Shown piece after piece: positions 44,945 through 56,787 of a DNA stretch of 64,000 nucleotides. The number at the start of each line of letters is the position of its first letter. Positions within the stretch are counted from its first letter, which is position 1. This DNA comes from Prasinococcaceae sp. CCMP 1430 (taxonomy: Eukaryota; Plantae; Prasinodermophyta). The position numbers and the translations under genes are program-made. The stretch covers positions 70,363 to 134,362 of the forward strand of contig RQSC01000116.1 of the NCBI GenBank assembly GCA_013416795.1, in the 5' to 3' direction. The notes under the pieces were generated by a model. The model made no database searches. It was not told the DNA's origin and was given only the letters and a program-made list of their open reading frames with translations.

Positions 44945-45905
44945 ATGGGTCTCTTCACGGCGCTGGCGGGCGGCCGCGCGCCGTCGCGCCCGCAGATGTA
45001 CACGGGCTACGCGCTGCTCGTGCTGCTGCTTCTGCAGGTGCCGTGGTTCGCCGTTCAGCGGCCGTCGGGGGGTGTCGCCGAGGTGCGGCATGCGCCTGCG
45101 CGCGCGCACCCGCCGTTATCCATTTTACCCTCCCATCGTGTGCGCACCAGCACACCGCGCCCCCCTCCCCCCGCGCGCGCGCGACGAGAGGGCACGCGTG
45201 ACAGCGCCGCAGAGCTCAGCTGCTCCGCCGGGCCGTCCTCTTTCTCGCACGCGCGTGCCTCGAGCCAACGGGTACTCGTTCGCGGGTGCTGACGTAAGCT
45301 GCTGCGCCGCGCTGCAGTTTTCGCCGATGCGGATCGCGCTTGGCGAGCTGCTCGACCCTGAAGTGGGTGCAGTGTCTGAGACCTCGCGCGCAGGCCTGCA
45401 GGCGCTCGCGTACCCCGCAGCCGTCGGGCGCGCGGTCGTGCGTGGCATGCGCGGGCGCCGCATGCCCCGCATCCCCAAGTACAACGCTGATTTGCTCACC
45501 AGCTACAAAACCTCCAAGGTGCGCGACGTGATCCGCGGTGCGCTCGCCTCATCGGAAGCTGTCGCTGGAGAGAAGGAGGAGAACAAGCGCTGGACAGAGC
45601 TGCTGTGCGGCTGCTTCCTCGCGCTGTGCGGGGGCATCACGGCGCCGCTTCACCCGCCCAAGCTGTGCTTTTTCGGCGCAGCGCTGGTGGCATTCGTCGT
45701 GTACAAAAGCGGCGGCGCGCTCACGCCCACACCGGGCCTCGCCAGCTGCTTGCTGCTTGGCCTCGTCTGCATCATGCCCAGGCCCGCTCCGCGCCGCCTG
45801 CCAGCGAGAGCGCAGACGCAGGCGCAGGGGCAGGCAGCGCACGCGAAGAAGGCCGGCGGCGGCTCCGCGAAGAAGGCCAAGCGGAAGGCAAGGAAGGACG
45901 CGTAA
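44945..45905 (+). CDS. Uncharacterised multi-pass membrane protein, intron 45083-45317
   Basis: Phase-0 GT..CTGAC..CAG intron joins two coding-biased exons; several TM helices; basic tail. Confidence 0.7.
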
Positions 45906-45944
45906 GGAAGCCGAATGTTTACATGCGGACCGTTCACATCGCGC

Positions 45945-47324
45945 TCAGAAGGGGGTGGGAACCGAGATGCTCACGAGGCCCTCGTCGGGTTTCCTGAACT
46001 TGCGCGTGGTGGGCGTCAGGCGAAACGACGCGGTGGCCGCACGCGCGAGGTCGCCACCGCCTGCGTCCCACACGCGCTCCGGCAATGTGAACTTCACAGA
46101 GTAGAAGTAGCCACCACGGAGCGCGGTGGCACTCGCGCACTTTGTCACCTGCGAGGCCGCGCGCGCGTCAGCACGGACGTATACGCGTACCCCCAGGCCG
46201 CGTGCGGTGGCGAGCTCTGCAGCGAGCACGCAGCAGGGCGTGCACGGCTGGCATGCCTGCACTGACAAGCGTCAAAGTTCACGTTTGCGCGCGGGTCATG
46301 CTCACGCACCTCGTCCCCGCCCTTCGGCTGCTGCTGACGCGGCGCGCCGATGCGCGAGGTCTCGTACAGGTAGTATGTCACGCCATCCTCGCCTTCCACC
46401 GTAGTGCTCTTCAGGGGTGCACATTCAAGGCGCATGGGTGTCAGCAACGCACGGAGCCGCGCACGCCCGTCTTTTTGCATACGCATGCTCGCGCGGACGC
46501 ACCGCGTCGATGTCCTCAAGGTTGTACCTCTCGCCCGTGGCGATGCGCCCCACGGAGCGGTCGGTGAGCACCGCGTTGGCCACGTCGCGCGCGCTCCACT
46601 CGGCCTCGTCCTTGCCGCCCACGAAGCGCGCCCCCTTGAGGGGAGTCACCTGCGCTCGCGCGTGCGCGTGAGCGTACAAGCACGAGGAGAGCCGGCGGAG
46701 TGTCAGCGCCTTGTCGGGGTGTCGCGACTCGCCGCTGGGTGGTGATTGGGCGACGCGCTCGCTCTAGCACTCCGCTGCTCCTCAACCCTTCGGCCCACCT
46801 CCAGCAGAGCTCGCACGCAAAAGACTCACCGCCACGGAGATCACCGCCGAGCCTTGCAGCGAGATCTGCTCGAAAACAATCTTGGCGCGCCCGTCCGGTG
46901 CGAGCGGCGGCGCATCAGCGTACGCGCGCGGCCGCCGGGCGACGAACCAAGGCACGCGCTGCGAGCACGTGCGCACACCAGGCATCGCATCGCGAGCGCA
47001 GCACCAGCGCTCGTGTCAGCTCCCCGTCACATTTGCACCGGCACAAGCATCACAGGCTATGCTCACGACGAGGCAACGGTGGGCGTGACTGCAGCACCCC
47101 GGGCTGGGCGGGGCACGCTGTGGGAGCTGCCTGAGGCCTCCGGCGCCACGCACCTCTCCCGTGGTCGTCGTCGTAGGGTAGGCGAACTCGTAGGCGTTGA
47201 TCTCGTCTGCGACGACACCGAACTCGGAGGCGGCACGCGCATCACGCGGCGCCACCAGCGCGCCGCCGAGGGAGAGCGCCGCCGCCGCGCCGCCGAACAG
47301 CGCGGCGCGCCTGCCGCCGTCCGC
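45945..47324 (-). CDS. PsbP domain-containing thylakoid-lumen protein (PPD7-like); several introns; 5' end in the N gap
   Basis: Twin-Arg lumen signal RRAALF..ARA, YEFAYP, RAYADAPPLAPDGRAKIVFE, WSARDVANAVL, YYLYE, SFRLTP. Confidence 0.75.
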
Positions 47325-47475
47325 NNNNNNNNNNNNNNNNNNNNNNNNNNNNNNNNNNNNNNNNNNNNNNNNNNNNNNNNNNNNNNNNNNNNNNNNNNNN
47401 NNNNNNNNNNNNNNNNNNNNNNNNNNNNNNNNNNNNNNNNNNNNNNNNNNNNNNNNNNNNNNNNNNNNNNNNNNN
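47325..47475. other. Assembly gap (151 N)
   Basis: Run of N. Confidence 1.
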
Positions 47476-47573
47476 GGGCGGCCGCGCCACACGCAGCGCA
47501 CGCCCCGCCGCGCCCCGCCGCGCCCCGCAGCGTCTCCGCACGACTGAGCGGGCGACGCTCGCGACCGGCCGCT

Positions 47574-49810
47574 ATGGCGCGCAAGGACGGCACGCCGGCC
47601 ATGCGCGCGCGCACGGAGTACGCGTACTCGACCGAGGTGTACGGAACGCTGCAGCGCATGCTGGCAAAGCTCCTCGAGGCTATGCCGGAGAAGCCGCTGC
47701 ACTACATGGTCGACTTTCTCAGTGAGGAGATCAAACGCGCCGAGCGCGTAGCCGCGCCCGCGCCCGAGCCCGAGCCCGAGCCCGCGCCCGAGCCCGAGCC
47801 TGCAGCGCCGCCGGCCTCCGCCGCCCCCGAGCCTGCGGATGAGGAGGCTGAAGAGGTCGAGGCCGCGCCGGCCAAGATTGAGGGCAAGAACATCATCTTC
47901 GTGCTCGGCGGTCCGGGTTCGGGCAAAGGCACGCAGTGCGAGCGCATCGTGGCAGATTTCGGTTTTGATCACTTCTCGGCAGGTGACCTGCTGCGCGCAG
48001 AGGTCACGTCCGGCAGTGAGGTCGGCATCATGTGTGCCAACCTAATGAAGGAGGGCAAGCTGGTGCCCGCGTCCGTCACCATGGGTCTGTTGCGCAAGTC
48101 CATCGAGGCGAGCACCGCCAGCGCCATCCTCGTCGACGGTTTTCCGCGCGCCCTCGATCAGAGCACCGTCTTCGAGAAGACCATTTGTGACAGCAAGGTG
48201 TGTGCGCATGCGGGCGCGTGCGCGTTCGAGAACTCCATCCGCGCCCGCTCCAAGGCACCTACGGTGTCGTGCAGAAGCTGCGCCCGCTCCGCTCCTGCAT
48301 GCTCTTGCGGTAGCATCCTGACTTCCTCACTCTGCGCTCAAACAAACGCTTGCGTGTGCGTCTGCGCTCGCGAACGCGCATCCGGCAGTTCACCCTCTAT
48401 TTCGATTGCCCCGAGGAGACCATGACGGAGCGCCTGCTCAAACGCGCCGAGACCTCGGGCCGTGCGGACGACAACACTGAGACCATCAAGAAGCGTTTCG
48501 GCACCTTCCAGTTGGTGTCGCTGCCGGTGGTGGAACATTACGAGAAACAGAACAAGGTGCACAAGATCTCGTCGGTGCCCGCGCCCGACGATGTGTACGC
48601 CGATGTGAAGGAGGTACTCGTAGGCGCGGGCTTCGCACCCAAGCCGTCACCGGGTCACTCTACCCTCAACAAGGACTTCATGGACGAGGCGGAGGCCGCC
48701 GAGGGGGCTGCGGAAGCCGTATCTGCACAGGAGGAGGCTGCGGATCCCGCTGCCGAGCCCGCGGCTGAGACTGGGGCGGAGGCGCCGGCAGAGGAGGCGG
48801 CACCTGCGGAGGTTGAGGTCGCGGCAGCGCCAGCAGAGGCCGAGGCCGAGCCGGCGCCCGCTGAGGAGGCCGCGCCGGATGCCGTGGAGCCAGCTGTCGA
48901 GGAGGCCGCACCTGGTGCTGAGGAGCCCGCTACTGAGGACGCCGCGCCCGCTGCTGAGGACGCCGCGCCCGCCGAGGAGGCCGCGCCCGCCGAGGAGGCC
49001 GCGCCTGCCGAGGAGGCCACGCCCGATGCCGGGGAGCCTGCTGCAAAGGAGGCCGTACCCGCCGCTGAGGACGTCGTCACCGATGAGGCGACACCCGCCG
49101 AGGAGACTGCGCCCGCTGCTGGTGAGGGCACACCCGCTGAGGATCCCGCTGCTGAGGAGGCTGCCCCCGCTACTGAAGAGCCCGCTGCTGAGGAGGCTGC
49201 CCCCGCTACTGAAGAGCCCGCTGCTGAGGAGGCTGCCCCCGCTACTGAAGAGCCCGCTGCTGAGGAGGCTGCCCCCGCTACTGAAGAGCCCGCTGCTGAG
49301 GAGGCTGCTCCCGCTGCTGAGGAGCCCGCTGCCGAGGAGGCTGCTCCCGCTGCTGAGGAGCCCGCCGCCGAGGAGGCTGCTCCCGCTGCTGAGGAGCCCG
49401 CCGCCGAGGAGGCTGCCCCCGCTGCTGAGGAGCCCGCCGCCGAGGAGGCTGCTCCCGCTGCTGAGGAGCCCGCCGCCGAGGAGGCTGCCCCCGCTGCTGA
49501 GGAGCCCGCCGCCGAGGAGGCTGCTCCCGCTGCTGAGGAGCCCGCCGCCGAGGAGGCTGCTCCTGCTGAGGAGGACGCGCCTGCTGTCGACGAGGCCGTG
49601 CCTGCTGCTGAGGAGGCTGCTGCCGAGGAGCCCGCTCCCGCCGCGGAAGAGCCTGAAGCCGGGACCCCCGAGCCCGATGCCGCCGCTGAGGAGGCGCCAG
49701 CCCCCGAGGCCGCGGCCGCACCTACTGAGCCCGTCGCCGAGGCCGAGGCCGAGGCTGCCCCCTCTGAAGTCGAGGCCGAGGCCGTGCCTGCTGAGGCTGC
49801 TGTTGAGTAA
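47574..49810 (+). CDS. Adenylate/UMP-CMP kinase with an N-terminal Dpy-30/RIIa-like docking domain and an acidic repeat tail; intron 48198-48388; about 681 aa
   Basis: IIFVLGGPGSGKGTQC, SAGDLLR, LVDGFPR, GRADDN; N-terminal LQRMLAKLLEAMPEKPLHYMVDFL. Confidence 0.9.
49145..49573 (+). repeat. 36-nt coding minisatellite, 11 full + 1 partial PAAEEAAPA(T/A)EE units
   Basis: Direct repeats counted from the sequence; the first 4 units encode T, the next 7 encode A. Confidence 0.95.
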
Positions 49811-50484
49811 AGCGCGCGCTGGTAGCGCCGGCTAGTGTAGCTAGTGGGCAGGCCCCGGGGGAAGAGAGGGAAGGGGCAGGCGCCTCGCGCGGGACGTGCG
49901 CGCCATGTACACATAGATAGTAATATTAACGCACGTGGATAGCACTGAGACGGCCGAGCCCCGCGCCTGAAGCGCACGGGCGCGGCGCCCCCAGCGGGCG
50001 GAACAGGTGCGCGTCTCCAACACATCTCAATCGCTCCTCCACGGAGAGCATACAGTACTATTTCGTCACATCAAATTACAATGCGGGGGTGGGGAAGGGG
50101 GAAAAGTAACGAACGAGCTGGGGCAGGGCTGAGGAATCAGGGAAACAATCAGTTCGTCGCCGAAAGCGGCACCGGCGGTGCGCGCTGCCGCGCGCTCGGG
50201 GAACCGGCGCATGCCAGTGCGGGCGTACTCAGGCGCGGGCGGCGATTCCCCACTTCCCCCTGTGATGCCCCCTCGCTCCTTGCATCCACTCTCTCTCCCG
50301 GCCGTGCCCGCCGCCCCGCGCCAGAACGCGCGCGCCGGGCGGGCTGCGCGCCGCGGGCGGGCTCGGCCCGCACGCGAGTGCGAGCGAGCGGTGTGAGTGC
50401 TGTTGTGGGCGGGCGGGTGGGTGAGTGCGGGGCTGCAAGGCGCTGGAGCCGGTTGAAGTGGCGCCGGCTCGCGCTCGAGGCGTC

Positions 50485-53119
50485 ATGCCCGGTCTTGTGA
50501 CGCTGCGCGCCGACCCCGCCCTTGCGCCGCGCGCGCGTGGCACCGGCGGCGGAGCGCCTATGCGCTCGATGGCCGTACAGCTCGAGGTCGCGCTGCGCGA
50601 GCGGCTAGCGGCCGTTGGGGCGCCACCCATCACAGAAGACGACGTCGACAGGTGCGCGCCCGAGCATGGGTGCATCCAGCGTAGGCGCTCGTACCATCAT
50701 ACACACAGGCATGCACTGCACCCAAGCAGACCTCGCGTGCGTGGGTACCGCTACCCCTCGTACGCGCGCATCACATGCTAGCGTACACAAGCGCGCTGAC
50801 TCCCTTGGCCATCCACCCACCCGGGCCCGCATGCGATTGTGCGGTCACGCGACTGCCCGCACCGACACCGTCGTGAAGCGCACCCGACGAGCAACGCCTG
50901 AGCGTGCACGTGGCCGCCCTCGATGCTGCACTCGACTCGGGCGCCCTCGGCGCGGCCGAGCGGCTCGTCCGCGCGTGTGCGGGCGAGTACAAGCGCGCGG
51001 TTTACTCGGTGCGTGACTGCGGTTGCGCATCCCGCGCCACTCGCGGCGCTCTCGCGCGTTCGGGCACGTGATCGCACGCGACCATGCGCGCGTGCGCGCG
51101 TACGCACTAATCCCGATCTCAATCCTTACCAGCACTTTGATCTGACGAGCGCACGAGCGTACCCGTCCGCTCTCGAACGCGCGCGCGAAGGACGCCCGAA
51201 CGCTCGCACCAATGGCGCCGGGCGAGATGGATGCACTTGTGGAGCGCGTGCCGTACTTTGTAGAGCTCCGCCACGAGAGACAGCGCGCGCGCGCGCTCGG
51301 AGACGACCTTTCGGCATCGCGCGACGAAGTGGGCGCGCTGCGCGGTGAACTTGCCGCGCTCACGCAGGCACGGGCAGGTGACGTCGCCGCGATTGCCGCC
51401 GCTGAGGCTTCGGCCGTGCGGCTTCGCGAGGAGCTTACCAAAGTGCGTGCGGAGCTCTCCGAAGCGCGTGCTTCCGCTGAAGAAGCGCGCAGGGGCGCGG
51501 TGCGCGCTCTAGATGCTGCGCAGTCAGCCACGCGTGCCGCGAATAGCGCCGCGTCTGCTGCTCAGGCGCGCGTCGCCGAGCTCGCGCGGGACCACCACGA
51601 GCAGGCGCGCGCGCGAGAGGTCTTCGTCGGCCTGCAGAGCGCTGCGGATACCGCTCGTGGTGCTCTCGATCCAGCTCTTGCCTCCTCCGCCCATGCTACC
51701 ACTGGCGCTTATCCGACTGCTCCCACCGATGCCCGCGGCGCTGACGTCGTTGCGAGATTCGCCGAGCTTGTTCCCGAGGCCGAAGTTGAGTCGGGTCTTG
51801 CCGAGACGGTGCGGTTGGCACGCCAGCTCCTGGTCCTACGCGACGCATGCGTGGACGACTACGACAGTGTGGTTGCACTAGATTACGCCAGCGCGGGCTT
51901 CGGCACCGAGGCGAGCGTTCCATATGAGGGCCCTCGCGCGGCCTTCGTTGAGCAGATGCGCGAGCTAGAGGAGGAACTCCTGCAGCTCGTTGCGCGCGCT
52001 AAAGTGCAGTGGCTCGAGGCGCGCAGCAGCGAAGGGAGTGCGCGAGAGGGCAGCGATAGCACTGGACACGGCGGACGAAACGTACGCACCGAAGCTTCGG
52101 GCGCGACAGTTGAGCGTGCGGTGGCGTCGCTCATTGCGGCGCCCACATCCACTCAGGCGCAGGGCGTGGGCCTTCCTGATGCTCGCGGGGATTTGCTGTG
52201 GGAGTGCTACCGCGAGCACTGCGAGCTAGCGGGCCTGCAGCGCGAGCACGTGCCGCTGCGGCCGCTGCATGTGCCGCTGTGCCGCCTCCTACAGATACTT
52301 GAAGGCGTCTTTGCGCACATGGCGCAGCGCAACGCGTGGGCCGCACGCGCGGGCGCGAAGCACGCGGGCACGAAAGAAAACAGCACAGCCAGCGAGCGGA
52401 CGAGTCCGCGCACAGGGAGCGAGGTCGAGGATGCACGCGGCGAGCGCCTTCTGCCGGGACGCGCGCTCTTCATGTACCTCGAGGAGCGCTACGTGGTCGG
52501 CGGCGTGGTGACTCTGGTGGCGCACGGCGTGCTGGCAGCGGTCGCGCGTCACGCACGCGCTCACGCCGTCGTGCGTCTTTTCGCGGGCGTGCTGACAGGC
52601 GAGGTGCACGAGGCAGCGCTCAGGCATACCATTGCGTGGAGGAAAGTGCTCGCGCAGGGCAGCGGCGGAGGTCATGAAAACGACGGCAACACGGATGGCA
52701 TAAATAGTGTGGCAGACTTCGGGGCGGCGCTGGCAGTGCTCTACGCCGGCGCGCGCGAGGACGACCTGCAGGACATCTTGAGCGCCTTCGCCACGCGCGT
52801 CGCCAACACCACCTCCACACCCACAACCGCGCTCGCGGTGGAGCTCCTCACGGAGCGCTTGCTCGCGAGCAACGAGGTGCGCCACCAAAAATTCGTGCGC
52901 ATCCTCAGCTGGAAAACCCCCGCGGGTCGCAGTTCTGTCGGTCGACAGGCCTTCATGCGCGTTGCTTTGCCACTCTTCCCGCATCGTGCGCCCGAGGAAG
53001 TGGCGAGCGCCTTCGCAGAGGCGGCCGCCGGCGAGTCGGGCTCGCTCGGCAGCGGTGCCGTGTCAATTGACGCGCTGGCGCACGTGCTATCGGTCATGGA
53101 GGCCGAGATGCTGCTGTGA
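50485..53119 (+). CDS. Coiled-coil protein, tentatively TSNAXIP1-like; small 5' exons plus a large exon from about 51212
   Basis: Exon at 50883-51008 (PDEQRLSVHVAALD..CAGEYK) recalls the TSNAXIP1 N-domain; long coiled coil; FMYLEERY..RLFAGVLTGEV region. Confidence 0.5.
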
Positions 53120-53337
53120 TCCATTGGCACACTCGCGCGGGCCTGGCGGCGCCCCTCAACCAGCGCGCGGCATGTCTGCGTGCGCGTGCGCGCTAACGGA
53201 CGGACACGGGCCTTGGAGCCCCCGCTCTGCCCCCCTTCAGCGACCGCGCGCGCGCGCTTGTAAAGCCCCCACATTCGCTATATTACGCCATCCATGCTTG
53301 CAGCCGGCGCGCCCCGCGTGCTTGCTTGCCCCGTCCT

Positions 53338-54989
53338 CTAAGCCCCACCAACGCTCTCGATCACGTTGAAGGCCGTCCCAGCGGTGAGGAGGACGACGCC
53401 CACGGCGACACACAACGCCGGCAGCATGAGTGCGAAGAAGAGACCGCCCGAGCTGAGTGGCGGCGTGCGCTCCCATAGCAGCTTGTAGTGTGCCGCGCCG
53501 GGTAAAACGTAGATGAGCGCGCTGGCGCACACGCTCGAGGTGATGCCGATAACCAGATGAAGGGAGTCTGTGACCGACGCCAGGGCGAGTGAGCCGAGGA
53601 CGAGCGCGAGAGTGGTCCCGTAAAAGGCGAGCGACCGCCCGTCTTGCTCCATGGCGCCCGCACGGAGCAGCACCGAGCGCGCCACGAGGAAGCGTAGAGG
53701 CAGCGCGAGGCACAGCTGCAGCGCGAGCGCGCCCCGCGCCACGAGCACGACGGGGGTGTGCGCCAGCGAGTCAAGCACGTTGTCGGCTATGTCTCCACCG
53801 CACAGCGACAGGTAGCCAACCACCATGATGACGAAGTAGTTGGCGAGCACCCCCACTTTGGAAAGCGCGATCAGGGTGCGCACGCGAGCGCGCGTGGGCG
53901 CGCGCAACGAGGCGCGCACGGGCACGAACGACCACGCCGAGTTGAGTGCGAAGGCGAACAATGGCACGGCGCCCATGTATGCCCCCGGAGACTCCGGCCA
54001 CATCCGCAGCGCGCCGGTGTCGCCACCGCATACCTCGAGCGCGCCGCCAGGCGACCATTTAGCGCTGACGACCACCACGAACGTGATGAAGAGCGCGGCC
54101 ACCGATCCAAGCGTGCTCACAGGCTTGAGGAACGACAGGCTTCGCAAACAACTCAGTGGCAGCACAAGAAGGCACGTCACCACAGCGAGAAGCACTCGCC
54201 GGTCGGCCTCCCACAGGGGGTGGCCGTTCGGTAGCAACGCGTTCAACAGCAGGCGCAGCTCCTCGCTAGCGATGAGCATAAAGGCGACCGCGCCGCCGAA
54301 GGCGTACACGGCAAGCATGAGATCGGCCGCCTCGCGCGCTCGAGCGCCCAGCGTCGCCTCGACGAGCTGCGCACGCGCGCGCGTGGGCGCACGCACGCCA
54401 GCATCCGTTGGGGTGAGTTTGCGAGGCGTTGGTTGTCAGTCGGCAACCGGCGCGTCAGAGGGTCTTGGCGGGCTGAGCAAGCACGCGCTGGCATGCGCGG
54501 GCGCCATCGCTCACCTCGCCGTACGTGCGTGCGCGCGTCCCCCGCGCAGCCGCGTCGAGCGCGTGCAGCGTGTACGCGCCGAGAACGCCGAGTGCGCCGA
54601 GCGTCACGCAGCCGCCAGCGAGACCTACGGTGCTGAGTGCGTACGGGAGCGTCAACTGGCCGGCGCCGAGCATGCTCATGCACACGTTGGCCACCGCACC
54701 GGGGAGAGAGTCGCCCCGCGCCTGCGAGTCCGCGTGAGCGCGCGTGTGCGAGAGGCGCGGAGGTGGCGCGCGGGCAGTGTCAGAGCTGGATTCGGTCGCG
54801 CCGGCTGCTCTCTGCCCCCGTCACTCCCTCCCTTCTCTTCTCCCTCTGTCTATGGCGCGCGCGCACCTCCTCCTCTTGCACGCCGGCGCCATCGCCGCCC
54901 GGCGCGAGCAGCGGCGTTGTCTCCGCGCCGCCGCGTGCTTCCGGCGCCACGCCGTTCTCTTCGTCGCGCGCGCCGCCCGCACGCGCCAT
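53338..54989 (-). CDS. Amino acid/auxin permease (AAAP/SLC38-like) transporter, 2 introns
   Basis: ETTPLL sorting-type motif, NVCMSMLGAGQLTLPYA, TYGE|LVEATLG, LPLSCLRSLSFL, AVPLFAFA, YVLPG. Confidence 0.88.
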
Positions 54990-55200
54990 ATCGCCAACGC
55001 CGTGAGGCGAGGCGTGAGGCGCGAGGCCTGTGGCACCACACGTTGGCGCGCCCTCCCCCCCTCCCTCCCCCTTCCTTCCCTCCCCTGCCCGGCCCCAACG
55101 CGACGAATGCTTGAACCCTTCACAGTGCTCGCCCGTGGGTTATTGAAACGTAAAATATAGGACTTAATCACATCAAAGGTACGTCATGAATTCATGACCC

Positions 55201-56787
55201 TCACGCCTCCACGGCCTGCAACAGCAGGGCGTCGAGCTCGCCGCCGTCATCCGAGGTGGCGGCAGGGGACCCGTGGGCGTCCTCGACAGTGACGTGTGCT
55301 TCGAGCACGAGGGCACCGTCGTTGGCGTCGGCAAAGATGCGCGCGGTCGAGTGCGACAGATATTCTGGGAAGCCCCAGTCCTTGCCCTCGGTGAAAACGT
55401 GCTCGCTGGTGAGCACGTGCGACGTCGGAGCCTCGATGCGCAAGAAACCGTTGGCGGCGGGATCATTCGGAGGCCCGTCGCTGCCGCTGCTGCCACCGGC
55501 ACCGTTGCCCGCGCTGCGCGCACCACCGTGGGCGCATTGTACAGGCGCAGCGTGCGAGTCGGGCCCGCCGTCCTCGCCGACCGCGAGATCGCTCTTGACA
55601 GGGAGGCAACCCAGGCGCGAGACGCGTGCAGCGTAGCACTTGCCGCAGAGGTCAAAGTCAGACATGGCAGTGCCCTTGTAGCGCTCGGTGAGGGGGTACT
55701 CCCCGCAGTCGTCGCATGTGGATAGCAGGTGGTACTGCTGCGAAAGCTCAGGCTCCGCGTTGCCGGCCGCGGTGAGCGGCGCGTTGTGGCATACCGCCAG
55801 CGAGAAGAAAGCGCGCACCGGCTTCGCAGCGCCTGCTGCGCGTCTGCGCTCGAATCTGCGCTTGCTCGCGCGCTTGCCCTTGCTCCCGCCCTCGCCCGCG
55901 CCCTCGGTCGCGGGCACCTCTCCGCCGCCGCCGTCAGCAGGTGCCAACCGTTCGAGGAAGAGGGAGATGCAGCTTTCGCCCTGGTCGTCATCTTCCATGA
56001 GCGCGGAGCCCGGGCGCGGTGTCGCGTTGGGATAGAGCACGAGCCGCCAGCGATGGCCGCCCGCGACGAACGGCGGGCTGTGCAGCCGCCTGGGAGCGCC
56101 CTCGGCCTGGATGCGCGCCCCGAAGAAGTCGGGTATGCGCCACTTGAAGCACGAGAGGAAGAACATGAGCGCGCCCGTAACGCGATACCCGCGGTGCACC
56201 CAGTCGCGAGGCGCGATTTGCGCGAGCCGAGGACGGCTGAGCCGCGCCACCCACAGCACGCTGAGCGCGCGCTCGTGCTGCAGCAGCCGCTGCCGCGAGC
56301 CGGTGTGCCACATGCACGCGCACGCAAGTTCGGGCAGGAAGAACTTTGCAGCTGCGGCCGCGCCCTCGATCTGCGCGGCGCGCGCCTCAGCCTCCTCGTG
56401 GCGGTGGTCGCGCGTGCTGCACGCGTGGGCGCCGCTCAGGATGCGCTGCGTCGTCTCGTCGTCGTGCCACACGCGGTCGTCGTTCTCTCCCCCGCAGAGC
56501 TCCTGCCAGAACGCAATGAGCTCGCGCATGCCATCCACGGGGCGCAGAGCAGCCGCGAGCAGCCTGCCGGAGCCCTCGGATGTCTCCTCGCTCCACGCGC
56601 CGCCCGGCAGTAGCGCTGCGCCAGCCACATCGCCGCCGCACCGCAGGAACGCTCGCACAGCGCGCGCCGCCGAGTTGGAGCACAGCGCAAGCCGCGCGAG
56701 GTCGGGGGGATCGAGGAACGAGCACACCGCGAGCGCCACCGGCCCTGCTTCGAGCATGACATCGCCCCAGCTCTGTGTGACGACCAT
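55201..56787 (-). CDS. F-box-like + MATH domain protein with a ZZ-type zinc finger inserted in MATH
   Basis: VCSFLDPPDLARLALCS; FKWRIPDF..SPPFVAGGHRWRLVLYP..ISLFL; CDDC..RYK..DFDLCGKC; KDWGFPEYL..LVLEAHV. Confidence 0.8.
   Translation of the reverse strand: MVVTQSWGDVMLEAGPVALAVCSFLDPPDLARLALCSNSAARAVRAFLRCGGDVAGAALLPGGAWSEETSEGSGRLLAAALRPVDGMRELIAFWQELCGGENDDRVWHDDETTQRILSGAHACSTRDHRHEEAEARAAQIEGAAAAAKFFLPELACACMWHTGSRQRLLQHERALSVLWVARLSRPRLAQIAPRDWVHRGYRVTGALMFFLSCFKWRIPDFFGARIQAEGAPRRLHSPPFVAGGHRWRLVLYPNATPRPGSALMEDDDQGESCISLFLERLAPADGGGGEVPATEGAGEGGSKGKRASKRRFERRRAAGAAKPVRAFFSLAVCHNAPLTAAGNAEPELSQQYHLLSTCDDCGEYPLTERYKGTAMSDFDLCGKCYAARVSRLGCLPVKSDLAVGEDGGPDSHAAPVQCAHGGARSAGNGAGGSSGSDGPPNDPAANGFLRIEAPTSHVLTSEHVFTEGKDWGFPEYLSHSTARIFADANDGALVLEAHVTVEDAHGSPAATSDDGGELDALLLQAVEA

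Noticed and set aside
49145-49573. 36-nt direct repeats resembling a CRISPR array in unit length
   Set aside because: No unique spacers, in-frame coding, eukaryotic context, no cas genes
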